Source of the DNA: an uncultured virus (IMG/VR IMGVR_UViG_3300025732_000034)
Lineage: Duplodnaviria; Heunggongvirae; Uroviricota; Caudoviricetes
DNA length: 64,000 nt
IMG/VR virus record: IMGVR_UViG_3300025732_000034
Direction: 5' to 3' (one strand)
Part shown: piece by piece, positions 23,595 to 32,290 of the stretch
Position numbering within the stretch: the first letter of the stretch is position 1
Layout: every line of letters starts with the position of its first letter
Program-made: the position numbers and the translations under genes
Notes under the pieces: generated by a model
Databases searched by the model: none
What the model saw: only the letters and a program-made list of their open reading frames with translations
Told to the model about the DNA's origin: nothing

Positions 23595-23843
23595 TCACTC
23601 TCCTTCGTCTGTCTGCGGTGCCAAAAAGTCGGGCACTGGGGTTTCTACCGATTCATCGGTTTTCTTGCGGCGACCGCGCCGCGCAATCGGAGCCACATCG
23701 GCTTCCGAGGCCACTTCTTCGACAGTCGAAGGCGTGTCAGGATTGTAGCGTGTCCAGCCGTTTTGTTCATCTGCTTCGGCTTCCATGTCGAGCGAGGCGA
23801 CCTTGGTGCCGTGAACCGGGTGTTGCAGGTAAATTATGGGCAT
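23595..23843 (-). CDS. Hypothetical late protein
   Basis: 82 aa, conserved in copy 2. Confidence 0.7.
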   Translation of the reverse strand: MPIIYLQHPVHGTKVASLDMEAEADEQNGWTRYNPDTPSTVEEVASEADVAPIARRGRRKKTDESVETPVPDFLAPQTDEGE

Positions 23844-23873
23844 TTTAAGAACGGGGCCGAAGCCCCGTTTGGG

Positions 23874-24176
23874 TTAAGCAACAACAGCAAATTGCCACTT
23901 CGTGCCATCGGACACAAACAGCTTACCAGCACCAGTTGCGTTAGTCGTGGTGCCAATAGAGCCTTTGGGGGCGGTGGTCGTGGTGGTGTTAGCAGTAATT
24001 GCGGTGGTCAGAAAGTACAGACCAGCGGTGCCGTTTGCAATCGTTGCGTCAGAAGTCGCAGTCGAAGTAAACGTGCCGCTAACTGTGGATGATGTGATCG
24101 TAGCGCCGGAAATAGTGGTGCCCAAAACAAGTTCGGGATCACTATACGCAACGCCAACCGGTTTGGTATTAGGCAT
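23874..24176 (-). CDS. Small Thr-rich virion (decoration-like) protein
   Basis: 100 aa, downstream of the coat gene. Homologue at 61,992-62,288. Confidence 0.65.
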   Translation of the reverse strand: MPNTKPVGVAYSDPELVLGTTISGATITSSTVSGTFTSTATSDATIANGTAGLYFLTTAITANTTTTTAPKGSIGTTTNATGAGKLFVSDGTKWQFAVVA

Positions 24177-24217
24177 GTGGTTGTCCTTTCAAAAACGGGG
24201 ACCGAAGTCCCCATTTA

Positions 24218-24625
24218 TTACATTTGGAATGCAGACCAAGTAGCGTCAGCAGTACGCACCAAACGATAGGTGATCGCGCCCAGGCGGGGCACGGTCACAG
24301 AACCGTAGAACGTAATGCCAGTACCAGCCGTGACCGGCACAGTAGACGACGTGCCGCTGTCATTGTTGTTGCAGATCGTCAGATCAAAGCAAGAACCAAC
24401 TTTTGCGCTGGGGATAGCAGCGTCCAGTTGAGCACCGGTGGCCGTGGTAACGGTCAACGTAGCGTCACTTGCTTTTTTACAAACGATCAAACCAACAGCC
24501 ATTTGAGCAGCGGTAACAGTCGTGTCACCAGTCAAAGTCGTGGGAATGGTTTGAACACCCAGTTTGGCTTCGGTCAAATTGCCGTCGCCGAGTTGATAAC
24601 CACCAGCACCATTAGGGAGAGCCAT
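24218..24625 (-). CDS. Putative capsid decoration protein
   Basis: 135 aa, beta-rich, directly after the coat gene, with an AAGGA RBS. Confidence 0.65.
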   Translation of the reverse strand: MALPNGAGGYQLGDGNLTEAKLGVQTIPTTLTGDTTVTAAQMAVGLIVCKKASDATLTVTTATGAQLDAAIPSAKVGSCFDLTICNNNDSGTSSTVPVTAGTGITFYGSVTVPRLGAITYRLVRTADATWSAFQM

Positions 24626-24679
24626 GATAAATTCCTTTCAAAATTAAGACGTTGAAAGGGGCCGAAGCCCCGTTTCAGA

Positions 24680-25882
24680 TCAGCCCCACAAACGGCAAGC
24701 CATTTGCGGACGAATGACGCTGTAACCGTACAGAACGTCAATACGGCAAGGCATCCGGTCGTTGTTGATATCGTACTGGCGAACCACACGCATGGAGATG
24801 CCGTTGTGGACAGCGCGAGCGGCCATATCGACACCCTGGGGCAGCAACAAGTCAGCCGTAGCAAACGTGATCGCGTCCTTGTGGTAGACCAAGTTCTGAG
24901 CGTAGGCGCTGGCAGAAGAACCGAGCATGGTCACGGCAGCGGTAGCAACCGGGAATGCGTCGATGGTAGCCAGGGCTTGATCAGCGGTGTACATCGCGGG
25001 GCTGACAGTCAGCGTAGCAGTGGACGAGCCAGAAGCGGCAGCGGTCACCACGAACTGCTGGAGCGAACCAGTGGACTCGCGGGTCTGCGGGTTCACTGCG
25101 TACACACCGGCCACGGTGAACACATCGCCGACGTTCCAGGTTTTGCTGGAGCCGGTGAAGCTGATGCCCAGGGTGGTCGAGCCTTGGGTGGTCACAGTGC
25201 TGGTCACGGTGATGCCAGTGCCCCACGAGCCAGTGGTGTGCTGCTTGATCGACTGAGACATGTTGATCTCGTCGAAGCCCAACACGCCCATGCCCATCAT
25301 GCCGTTCTTGAACTGGCGGCTGATGGTGTCGGTGGGGTTGAACAGACCTTTCATGCCTTCGACCAAACCAGCGTTAGCGGCAGGGTTGACGGTGGCATAA
25401 CGGGGCGACATGACAGCAGCGGCTTCGTTCAGCTTCTGCTGCGCTTGCAACAGAACCAAAGAAGTAGCGGGAGTCGTGCCGGGAGTGCCCACGGACTGAT
25501 AGATGCTCTTGAAGCTGTTTGCCACATCAGCGTCGATGGACGATGCCAACTGGCTAATACGAGGCTTCAACACACGCTCTGCGAAGTCGTCCAATTGCAT
25601 GGTCAATTCAGCAGAGGTGAAGTTCACACCGATGTGCTTCTGGCTGGAAACAGTCAGAGTGGTGTACTGTTCGTTGTCGTCCTGAACTTGCAGAGCGGCA
25701 CCGTCAGTCACCAGAGCGCGGTCGGGCAAACGGATACGGAGGGTCGAACCAATCTTGGCACCTTCGACAGCGAAGCTGTCGTCGTACTGACGGTTCACGT
25801 TGCGGGTGAGCACCAGATTGTTCTCGAGAATTTCGAGAGCCTTTCGGGTGATCATGTCAATGGTAAGAATACTATTCGCCAT
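24680..25882 (-). CDS. Major capsid protein, P22 coat (gp5) family
   Basis: MAN..LT...IT..AL..LEN.L....VNR.YD, G.T..IR.P, L.P...QLA..ID, R.DVLYG. Confidence 0.9.
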   Translation of the reverse strand: MANSILTIDMITRKALEILENNLVLTRNVNRQYDDSFAVEGAKIGSTLRIRLPDRALVTDGAALQVQDDNEQYTTLTVSSQKHIGVNFTSAELTMQLDDFAERVLKPRISQLASSIDADVANSFKSIYQSVGTPGTTPATSLVLLQAQQKLNEAAAVMSPRYATVNPAANAGLVEGMKGLFNPTDTISRQFKNGMMGMGVLGFDEINMSQSIKQHTTGSWGTGITVTSTVTTQGSTTLGISFTGSSKTWNVGDVFTVAGVYAVNPQTRESTGSLQQFVVTAAASGSSTATLTVSPAMYTADQALATIDAFPVATAAVTMLGSSASAYAQNLVYHKDAITFATADLLLPQGVDMAARAVHNGISMRVVRQYDINNDRMPCRIDVLYGYSVIRPQMACRLWG

Positions 25883-25903
25883 GATGCGAGTCCTTTCGAA
25901 GTT

Positions 25904-26707
25904 TTAGCGGTTCATCTGTGCTTGCATCTTCCGCAACTGGCGGGCGCGTTCAGCTTCAATCCATTCTGACGTACTCATGGTCTTCGTAGAACGAGGATCA
26001 GTCGTGTCGTATGACGGGTTACCGCTGGTTCGTGCTGTTACAGGTGTGATAGGTGCTGGCGCAGACGTTGTGGGTTTGACAACGGGATTGCTGCCAAGTT
26101 TGGCTTCAATTTTCCCGATCTCTCTTGCCTGCAAAATAGGGGACAAACGAGAAATGCGGTCCGCTTCTTTCGGATTCGATCCAAACCAGTAGGCCAGATC
26201 GGGTCCAATTTCAGAAGCCTGAATCGCTTCGGCCATCGAGTCGGTGATTCTGACGCTGGGGTTGTAGGCGACTTGTTCAAAGTCATCGTACTTATCCCGT
26301 GCGGCTTCTTCACGTTCTTGATACGCGGCTTGCGTCGCAGCCTGTTGCTTCTGGCGTTCACGAATCTCGAGAAGCTGATGGGCCTTGCGCTCGGCCAATG
26401 CGTCAGCATAGGCTTCGTCAGACTCAAAAGCACTGCGATCCAAATCGCCTTTGGGCATTGACTGCGCGGTTTGCACTTCTGCCAACCGTGCTTGCTGCTC
26501 CCGTTCCCATTTGCGCTGTTCTCTTGCGAGGCGCTTGCCGATAGCAGCATCGAGTTCTTCCTGGGTGAATGTCTTCGTCGCAGGTTGTTGCTCGGGCTGA
26601 TTCTCAGCTACTTCCGGCGCATTTTGTGCAATATCCGTGGTGGCCGTCACCTCGGTTGCTGGCGCGGAGTCTACTTCCGCTAAGGCTTGTTGGACTTCTT
26701 CAGTCAT
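25904..26707 (-). CDS. Scaffolding protein
   Basis: Acidic coiled coil with FTQEELD...KRL, GP.LAY..G.NP and a basic C-terminus. Precedes the coat gene. Confidence 0.8.
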   Translation of the reverse strand: MTEEVQQALAEVDSAPATEVTATTDIAQNAPEVAENQPEQQPATKTFTQEELDAAIGKRLAREQRKWEREQQARLAEVQTAQSMPKGDLDRSAFESDEAYADALAERKAHQLLEIRERQKQQAATQAAYQEREEAARDKYDDFEQVAYNPSVRITDSMAEAIQASEIGPDLAYWFGSNPKEADRISRLSPILQAREIGKIEAKLGSNPVVKPTTSAPAPITPVTARTSGNPSYDTTDPRSTKTMSTSEWIEAERARQLRKMQAQMNR

Positions 26708-26755
26708 TTTGTCGATTCTTTAGAATCCCTGGTCAACTGGGCCAGTACAGGTTTT

Positions 26756-26783
26756 ATCTTACACCCAGTGGGCCGGGTGTCAA
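26756..26783 (-). promoter_or_regulatory. Promoter for the scaffold/coat genes with the palindrome in its spacer
   Basis: Minus strand TTGACA-CCCGGCCCACTGGGTG-TAAGAT (16 nt spacer). Confidence 0.6.
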
Positions 26784-26788
26784 GACGA

Positions 26789-28180
26789 TTAACGTTCCAT
26801 GTAAGCTAAAGCAATGTGCAAACCACCGGCTGGTATAGTGACTGCGCCAGCAGATGTATCAACCAACACACCAAAAAAATCACCTGGCTCAAAACTTACT
26901 TCATAAACGGTTGAGGCACTTGCGCCATTAGCATCACTCAAGTTAACCACTAACCCAGTATTTACACCATTTTTGCGAACAGTAACGGTGTAAAGTAATC
27001 CAACTGGCCCAGGCAATGTTGTTGCTTCAGCCCAAATTCTTGATAAAGTGAATCGACTAGCTACTGGCATTCTGGCTGCATTGTTTGATGCAAAAACCAA
27101 TCCAGTAGAAGGTTGAACAACTACACCAGAACCGCCAGCAATGCTTGATGCGTTTGCAATGAACAGTTGAACACCACTGTTTGCGGAAGGACTATAAGCA
27201 GATTTAACCGAATAATCACCTAGAGTGTTTGAAATGTTGCTGCTGTTGATGTTTGAAGGCAACTGGATAAAACGATGCCTTATACCGCCCTGAATACGAA
27301 TAGGAGCACTGCCAGATGTTGCAGTGCCTGAACGATTAAAACCAATTGAAGGGGATTGAACAGTACAAAACAACGAATCAATTAACTCAATTCCATGACC
27401 AGTTGTTGCCGGGTTTGATCCATATCCGTCAACCGTACAATTTCTAAACATGATGGAATCTGCGGCATTTAAGACTATGCCGCTTACGCCACCACTAGTA
27501 GTATGGTTTTGACCTACGCGCTCAACCCAACATTCTTCAAAAGTACTTGATTGAGGAGCATCTGTTGGATTACCAGAGCCATCGCAAACAATGCCTTGTT
27601 CGCCTAATTCTTCAAAATCGCAATTGATAAAGGTGTTTTGACGGCCAGAGGTGTAATACAAACCAATGTAATTGTTGGTAATAATTCGCAAGTCAATGAA
27701 TGTGTTGACGCTTGGTCTGGTTGTTCCACTATCCCCGTTTTTAATGTACAGCGCAATGTCAGAACAGTTGCTGATTTTGATGGTTGAAAAACGGCAATGT
27801 AATACATTCCCTTCGACTAACAATCCTTTTACGCTTGCCGTTCCGGTGTTGCCGTCTAATTGGAAATTCTCATAAACCAAATTTTGTGCCAGCGAACCAA
27901 CATACATCAAATTGGTTCCAGTAAACCCGCTGCCAGCCTTGATGATGGACGCATAAACACCTTCGCCCAAAACTGAACACTGGCTTACATTTAGTTGTTG
28001 TTTAACAATATATGTTCCAGTTGGGATGTACAGCGTGCTTTGACCATTTGCTGTTGCGGCAGCGATTGCGGCTTGCATAGCGGCTGTATCATCTGTTACA
28101 CCATCGCCTATAGCACCATAATCCAAGACGTTAATCAACGCACCTTGGATCATTGAATAAGATACTTTAGTCAAAGACAT
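26789..28180 (-). CDS. Tailspike/depolymerase, right-handed beta helix
   Basis: MSLTKVSYSMI, NVLDYGA.GDGVTDDT.A.Q.AI, LYIP.GTY (pectate-lyase-3-like start). AT-rich DNA. Confidence 0.8.
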   Translation of the reverse strand: MSLTKVSYSMIQGALINVLDYGAIGDGVTDDTAAMQAAIAAATANGQSTLYIPTGTYIVKQQLNVSQCSVLGEGVYASIIKAGSGFTGTNLMYVGSLAQNLVYENFQLDGNTGTASVKGLLVEGNVLHCRFSTIKISNCSDIALYIKNGDSGTTRPSVNTFIDLRIITNNYIGLYYTSGRQNTFINCDFEELGEQGIVCDGSGNPTDAPQSSTFEECWVERVGQNHTTSGGVSGIVLNAADSIMFRNCTVDGYGSNPATTGHGIELIDSLFCTVQSPSIGFNRSGTATSGSAPIRIQGGIRHRFIQLPSNINSSNISNTLGDYSVKSAYSPSANSGVQLFIANASSIAGGSGVVVQPSTGLVFASNNAARMPVASRFTLSRIWAEATTLPGPVGLLYTVTVRKNGVNTGLVVNLSDANGASASTVYEVSFEPGDFFGVLVDTSAGAVTIPAGGLHIALAYMER

Positions 28181-28212
28181 TTTTTATCCTTTACGCAATT
28201 GAATTTAATTGC

Positions 28213-28371
28213 TCATCGGTTGGTTTTTTTTAATGTTGGATGATTCCATTCAAATATGTAATCCCCATTTGCATTGCCATCATTTCTTAAAAGAATTGAA
28301 CCTTTATCTAAGTCAAAATCTTCTGGTTTTAAATCAGGGTATATTGCAAAAGGTTTTTCGTATAAATTCAT
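28213..28371 (-). CDS. XkdW-like small tail-fibre-associated protein, apparently frameshifted at an A8 run
   Basis: MNLYEK..AIYPDL...DF....I.LRNDG..GDYI.EWNHPTL. The expected PTDEQL ending lies in another frame (stop at 28,191). Confidence 0.6.
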   Translation of the reverse strand: MNLYEKPFAIYPDLKPEDFDLDKGSILLRNDGNANGDYIFEWNHPTLKKTNR

Positions 28372-29294
28372 TATGCACCCCTTACTAATACACCAGTTAA
28401 GTAGGTATATTTTTGCCCTGCCGCAATGTCGCTTGTTCCAACAAATGTTCCAAAAGCATACAGTTCAACATAATCTGTTGAACCATTAAAATAAACCAAA
28501 CCTGTAACAGTTACTTGGCTCAAGTTAACACTAGCGTCTTGTCCTCTAAAGTATTCTGAGCCATTTTTGTATATTGAACATAAAATTCTTGTGTTTGTTC
28601 CAGTCAAACCAACAGAGCCTGAAATTTGATAATAGCCAGCAACTGTTGGAGTAAATCTGTAATTGGTCGCTGAATCGAAATTATTGTTAGTATCGTATTC
28701 TTCAGCATTCAACTGAACTTTTGTAAACGTTGCGGTTGTAAGTGATTGATTTGCGCCCGTTCTGTACACGCTAAACGCTGGTCCACCTGTTACCGCAACA
28801 GTAACTGCACCAGGGGCGTTTGTAATACCAATACCAGCACCAGCCGTTAAAGTGGCGGCAACATAATTTGTGCCGTTACCAATTGGAATTTGACCGTTTG
28901 TTGGTGTTGTTGTTATTCCAGTGCCACCGTTACCAACGCCCAAAGTTCCTGAAACGTGCGTTGTAAGGCCAATCTTTCCCCATGAAGGGGCTACACCGAC
29001 ACCACCAGAAATTAGCGCATTTCCAGTTGCAATATCAGCAAGTTTTGACAACGCTGTGGTGGTGCTGGCGTACAGCAAATCACCGACAGCATAAGACGAT
29101 TGGCCTGTGCCACCACTGGTCGCAGCCAATGGGGTTGTGGTCAATGTCAATGATGCGGCACTAACTGCTCGGCCTGCGGTCAGATCAGCAACGCTGACCT
29201 GCTTAGTCACGCCGCTCTGAACAATTGGCAATACCTCAGTACCCGCCAGCGGCGTGGTCGCTGCGGTTAGTGCTGAGATTTTTGTATCGGCCAT
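28371..29294 (-). CDS. Tail fibre protein with C-terminal C1q-like domain
   Basis: MADTKISAL, GGTG repeats, PAFS, E.DT...FD...RFTP.VAGYY, NGSTDYVELY. Confidence 0.75.
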   Translation of the reverse strand: MADTKISALTAATTPLAGTEVLPIVQSGVTKQVSVADLTAGRAVSAASLTLTTTPLAATSGGTGQSSYAVGDLLYASTTTALSKLADIATGNALISGGVGVAPSWGKIGLTTHVSGTLGVGNGGTGITTTPTNGQIPIGNGTNYVAATLTAGAGIGITNAPGAVTVAVTGGPAFSVYRTGANQSLTTATFTKVQLNAEEYDTNNNFDSATNYRFTPTVAGYYQISGSVGLTGTNTRILCSIYKNGSEYFRGQDASVNLSQVTVTGLVYFNGSTDYVELYAFGTFVGTSDIAAGQKYTYLTGVLVRGA

Positions 29295-29305
29295 AATTGT
29301 TTTTA

Positions 29306-29806
29306 TTAGCTATAACACACTTCAATTAAAGATGTATTCGGAGGTGCTTGGGAGAAAGTTAAAGTTGTGTTGGAGACAGAAAACGTGTTTTTGTTTTGAT
29401 ATACGCCGTTAATGTATACGGAAATTGTGTTTTCATTACCTACGCTAGTAGACAATGTAAATGCAACTGTTGTTCCATTGCCGGTAAAATTATCCGGGTT
29501 AATGGTTGAAACACCTACGCCAGTAATGTTGTCGTATGTTGCAATTAAAACATCTGTTGAATCTTTCAAAACAAATTTATATGACGCAGGCGTAATCCAA
29601 ATCTCGCCGCCGTCGGGTACACGGCCAGCAGAATCCAAAATAATCGGATTTGTTCGCGCCACATTTCCCGCATTGGTTGTATAACTAGGCAAAGGAGTCG
29701 TGGTGCCAGCAGCGTAGGTGTACAGCTTGCCGCCAGTCAGCACCGCACCAGAATTGGTGAAAAACTGGGCCGCAACGCCGCCCACTGGGGAGAGAAATAC
29801 GGCCAT
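29306..29806 (-). CDS. Tail fibre/spike attachment protein (head-binding-like domain)
   Basis: QFF...G..L.GGKLYTY.AGTTTP, NPIILDSAGR, F.GNG....F.L, V.INGVYQ. Confidence 0.7.
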   Translation of the reverse strand: MAVFLSPVGGVAAQFFTNSGAVLTGGKLYTYAAGTTTPLPSYTTNAGNVARTNPIILDSAGRVPDGGEIWITPASYKFVLKDSTDVLIATYDNITGVGVSTINPDNFTGNGTTVAFTLSTSVGNENTISVYINGVYQNKNTFSVSNTTLTFSQAPPNTSLIEVCYS

Positions 29807-29823
29807 GTGTTACTCCATCAAGA

Positions 29824-30312
29824 TCAAGCGCTTAGAGCGGCAACTTTGTCTTGGAATGCTTTAACGCGGGCTTCATGGGCTGCAACTTGAGCAGTCAGGT
29901 CGGCGCGTTGCTTGTTGATATCGGCTTGAGTGCTGGCCTGATCGGCCTCTCGTGCAGCCACTTGTTTTTCGCGGACATCTATTGCCTTTTCACGCGCAGC
30001 CACTTGCTTGCCTGCGGCATCAGCGTCCGCCATCATGCGTTTGGCGTTGTCGGCATCGACTTGAGCCGCTGCCTTGATCTCATCAGCCGTGCGCTTTGCG
30101 TCAGCACGGACAGCCAGCGCCTCGGCTTGCGCGGACTCGAGTTCGGCCTTGGCTTTGGCGCGGTCGGCTGCGGCATCTTCAACCGCAGACAGTGAACCCT
30201 GGCGCTTTGCCAGTTCGTCGCGCACTTTCAGCAACTGCACCAAGTCCTTGGGCAACTGCTTGGTGATGTACTCGATGGGATCGGTTGCGGGCGTGTCGTT
30301 GGAAATGATCAT
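29824..30312 (-). CDS. Coiled-coil late protein
   Basis: 162 aa, Ala/Lys/Glu heptads, GAGG RBS. Confidence 0.65.
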   Translation of the reverse strand: MIISNDTPATDPIEYITKQLPKDLVQLLKVRDELAKRQGSLSAVEDAAADRAKAKAELESAQAEALAVRADAKRTADEIKAAAQVDADNAKRMMADADAAGKQVAAREKAIDVREKQVAAREADQASTQADINKQRADLTAQVAAHEARVKAFQDKVAALSA

Positions 30313-30322
30313 GGCAACCTCA

Positions 30323-30628
30323 TCAAGAGTAGTAGGTGATGTTCAGTTTTGCGCCGCCAGTTTGCTCGATGAACTGAATCTGGGAGATGTCGCCATCATA
30401 TTGCAACGTCACGCCAGCAGCCAGGGGCATGCCAACACTTGCGGTCGGGGCCACGCCATCATCACGCCAACGCACGGCCTGAGCCTCGGGAATGATGATT
30501 GCGATGCGGGGAGTGCCAGCAAGACCGTTCAGGTCTTTTTGCGGCACAGTCAGTTTGGTCGCTGCACTCAGACTCGTGATCTGCTGGTAACCCAGCACCG
30601 AGGTAATTGCTTTGAGGTTGATTGCCAT
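30323..30628 (-). CDS. Small virion protein
   Basis: GYQQIT.LS, VRWRDDG..PTA.VG. AAGGAG RBS. Confidence 0.7.
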   Translation of the reverse strand: MAINLKAITSVLGYQQITSLSAATKLTVPQKDLNGLAGTPRIAIIIPEAQAVRWRDDGVAPTASVGMPLAAGVTLQYDGDISQIQFIEQTGGAKLNITYYS

Positions 30629-31512
30629 CAGAATCTCCTTCGTTCAGTGAACGATCTTAACTTAATAAACGGATTTTCGACAGAGGGTGTCGGCGTGCCG
30701 CCAATGACAATCGCTGCCTCATTTCCAACCACCGAGTACGCCCCCGGCAAAGCTGAGATGACTCGATCAACCGAGATTGTGGCCGATTCACCCAAATACG
30801 CGTACACCCCAAATTCGCATGTGATGTTGCGGACATACGCAATTGTCGCATTTTGTCCGGCGACTGCATACGCCCCCGGATCGGCAGACACAACTCGCGT
30901 TTTGAGGATTGATGCTGACTGACCGCTGACAGCATAACTGCCTGGGGCGGCTGTGACCAGTTTTGACCGCAAAAGGTCAGCAGACTGCCCTGTGACGGCA
31001 TAGCTGCCTGACGCGGCTGCGATGTTGTGCCCGCGCCTGAGCGTGGCAGGCTGGCCGTTGATGGTGTAGCTGCCTGAGTCAGCGGTGACCTGCTTGGACC
31101 GGTAGATGCTGGCGCTTTGGCCGGTGACGGCATAGCTGCCCGAGTCGGCTGCAAGCGCTTTGGAGCGCAGGATTGTGGCATCCTGGCCCGTGACGGCATA
31201 GCTACCGGCTGCGGCTGCAAGAGCGCGGCTTCGATAGATGCTGGCAGACTGTCCTGTAACTGCATAACTGCCAGCGGCGGCAGATATGACCTTGCTTCGA
31301 GTGATTGTGGCGCTCTGACCGGTGACCGAGTACGTTCCATAGGCCGCTGTGAGTGAGCGGTTTTTAGCGACAGTTGCAGACTGGCCCGTGACGGTGTACG
31401 TGCCATACGCTGCAACAACAATGTACTGAAGCGGTTCAAGGTCTAGCTTCCCTCCATCTTCCTGAACAAGATAGGAGCCATCCTCGCACAGAAGATAGGC
31501 TACTAATCCCAT
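30628..31512 (-). CDS. Tandem-repeat virion protein (~22-aa repeats)
   Basis: About 11 units of A..GSYAVTGQ.A.(I/L).R. Confidence 0.75.
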   Translation of the reverse strand: MGLVAYLLCEDGSYLVQEDGGKLDLEPLQYIVVAAYGTYTVTGQSATVAKNRSLTAAYGTYSVTGQSATITRSKVISAAAGSYAVTGQSASIYRSRALAAAAGSYAVTGQDATILRSKALAADSGSYAVTGQSASIYRSKQVTADSGSYTINGQPATLRRGHNIAAASGSYAVTGQSADLLRSKLVTAAPGSYAVSGQSASILKTRVVSADPGAYAVAGQNATIAYVRNITCEFGVYAYLGESATISVDRVISALPGAYSVVGNEAAIVIGGTPTPSVENPFIKLRSFTERRRF

Positions 31513-31514
31513 AC

Positions 31515-31913
31515 TTACGTCGCTTGGAAGACCCCGTTAGTGCCATCCAGCGTCACGGTTACGGTTTCACCAGCAGCCACGGCTTGTGAACTGCCATAGT
31601 CCCAATATGCCACGTTGGTGCCCGTTGTCGAGTCAACCAAAACAGCATACTGGAAAGAAAATCCTGCGCCACTGGCGGTCCAAGCGGTCGGGCTTGACAG
31701 CACCAGTTTGTACGTGCCCCCACTTTGGGTGGCACTGACAGTAGCGGCTGCGTTACCACCGGTCGTGTAACCGTTGCCGTTGGCAACCTCGGTAATCGTG
31801 CCAGCAGCTTGGCTGACAGCCGTCGCCAGTTTGATGACCCACGAATCAGAGCCTGCGTTGATGTTCTCAAACAGGTTTTCAATTGCGGGTTGGAATTTGT
31901 TGTAGACGGCCAT
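31515..31913 (-). CDS. Virion structural protein
   Basis: YNKF, E...GNGYT.GG, WTASG, YWDYGS......GET. Confidence 0.7.
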   Translation of the reverse strand: MAVYNKFQPAIENLFENINAGSDSWVIKLATAVSQAAGTITEVANGNGYTTGGNAAATVSATQSGGTYKLVLSSPTAWTASGAGFSFQYAVLVDSTTGTNVAYWDYGSSQAVAAGETVTVTLDGTNGVFQAT

Positions 31914-31924
31914 GACGATCCACC

Positions 31925-32290
31925 TTATGCCAAAAATTTCAACTTGTAAAGTGTCGTCAAATACAGTTCAACGATGTTGTCGATCAACTGTTGCAGTGAC
32001 GTATCTTCCTTTTTTGCCACCTTGTATCGCATCTCCTCAACGTCGGCCAAAGACGACTCGAGGAACTCGATGATGTTGGTGGTTTTCTTGGCCGTCATCA
32101 GGCTGATCGGCCCGATGAGGCCGTGACGACCTTGATACGCCTCGGCAAACGCGTCGGCGTGGTCGATGATGCTGTCGTAGAAGGTATTGAGCGCCATGTG
32201 CTTGGAAAAGCTGCGCGTGTTCAAATGCACCGAGTGAGCCACATCGCGGGCCAAAAACAAGGTGCCTACAAAGTCGGCTGCGGTACTCAT
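31925..32290 (-). CDS. Ferritin/Dps-like four-helix protein (DUF5856-like)
   Basis: H..HL.T.SF..H.AL..FY......D...E.YQG.HG, YKL.FL. Confidence 0.65.
   Translation of the reverse strand: MSTAADFVGTLFLARDVAHSVHLNTRSFSKHMALNTFYDSIIDHADAFAEAYQGRHGLIGPISLMTAKKTTNIIEFLESSLADVEEMRYKVAKKEDTSLQQLIDNIVELYLTTLYKLKFLA

Larger units (their letters stand above)
23850..24671 (-). terminator. Three cUUCGg hairpins (terminators/attenuators) after the coat gene and the two following genes
   Basis: GGGG(A)C-TTCG-G(T)CCCC on the minus strand at 23,850-23,869, 24,197-24,212 and 24,658-24,671. Equivalents at ~61,971, 62,306 and 62,767. Confidence 0.75.
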
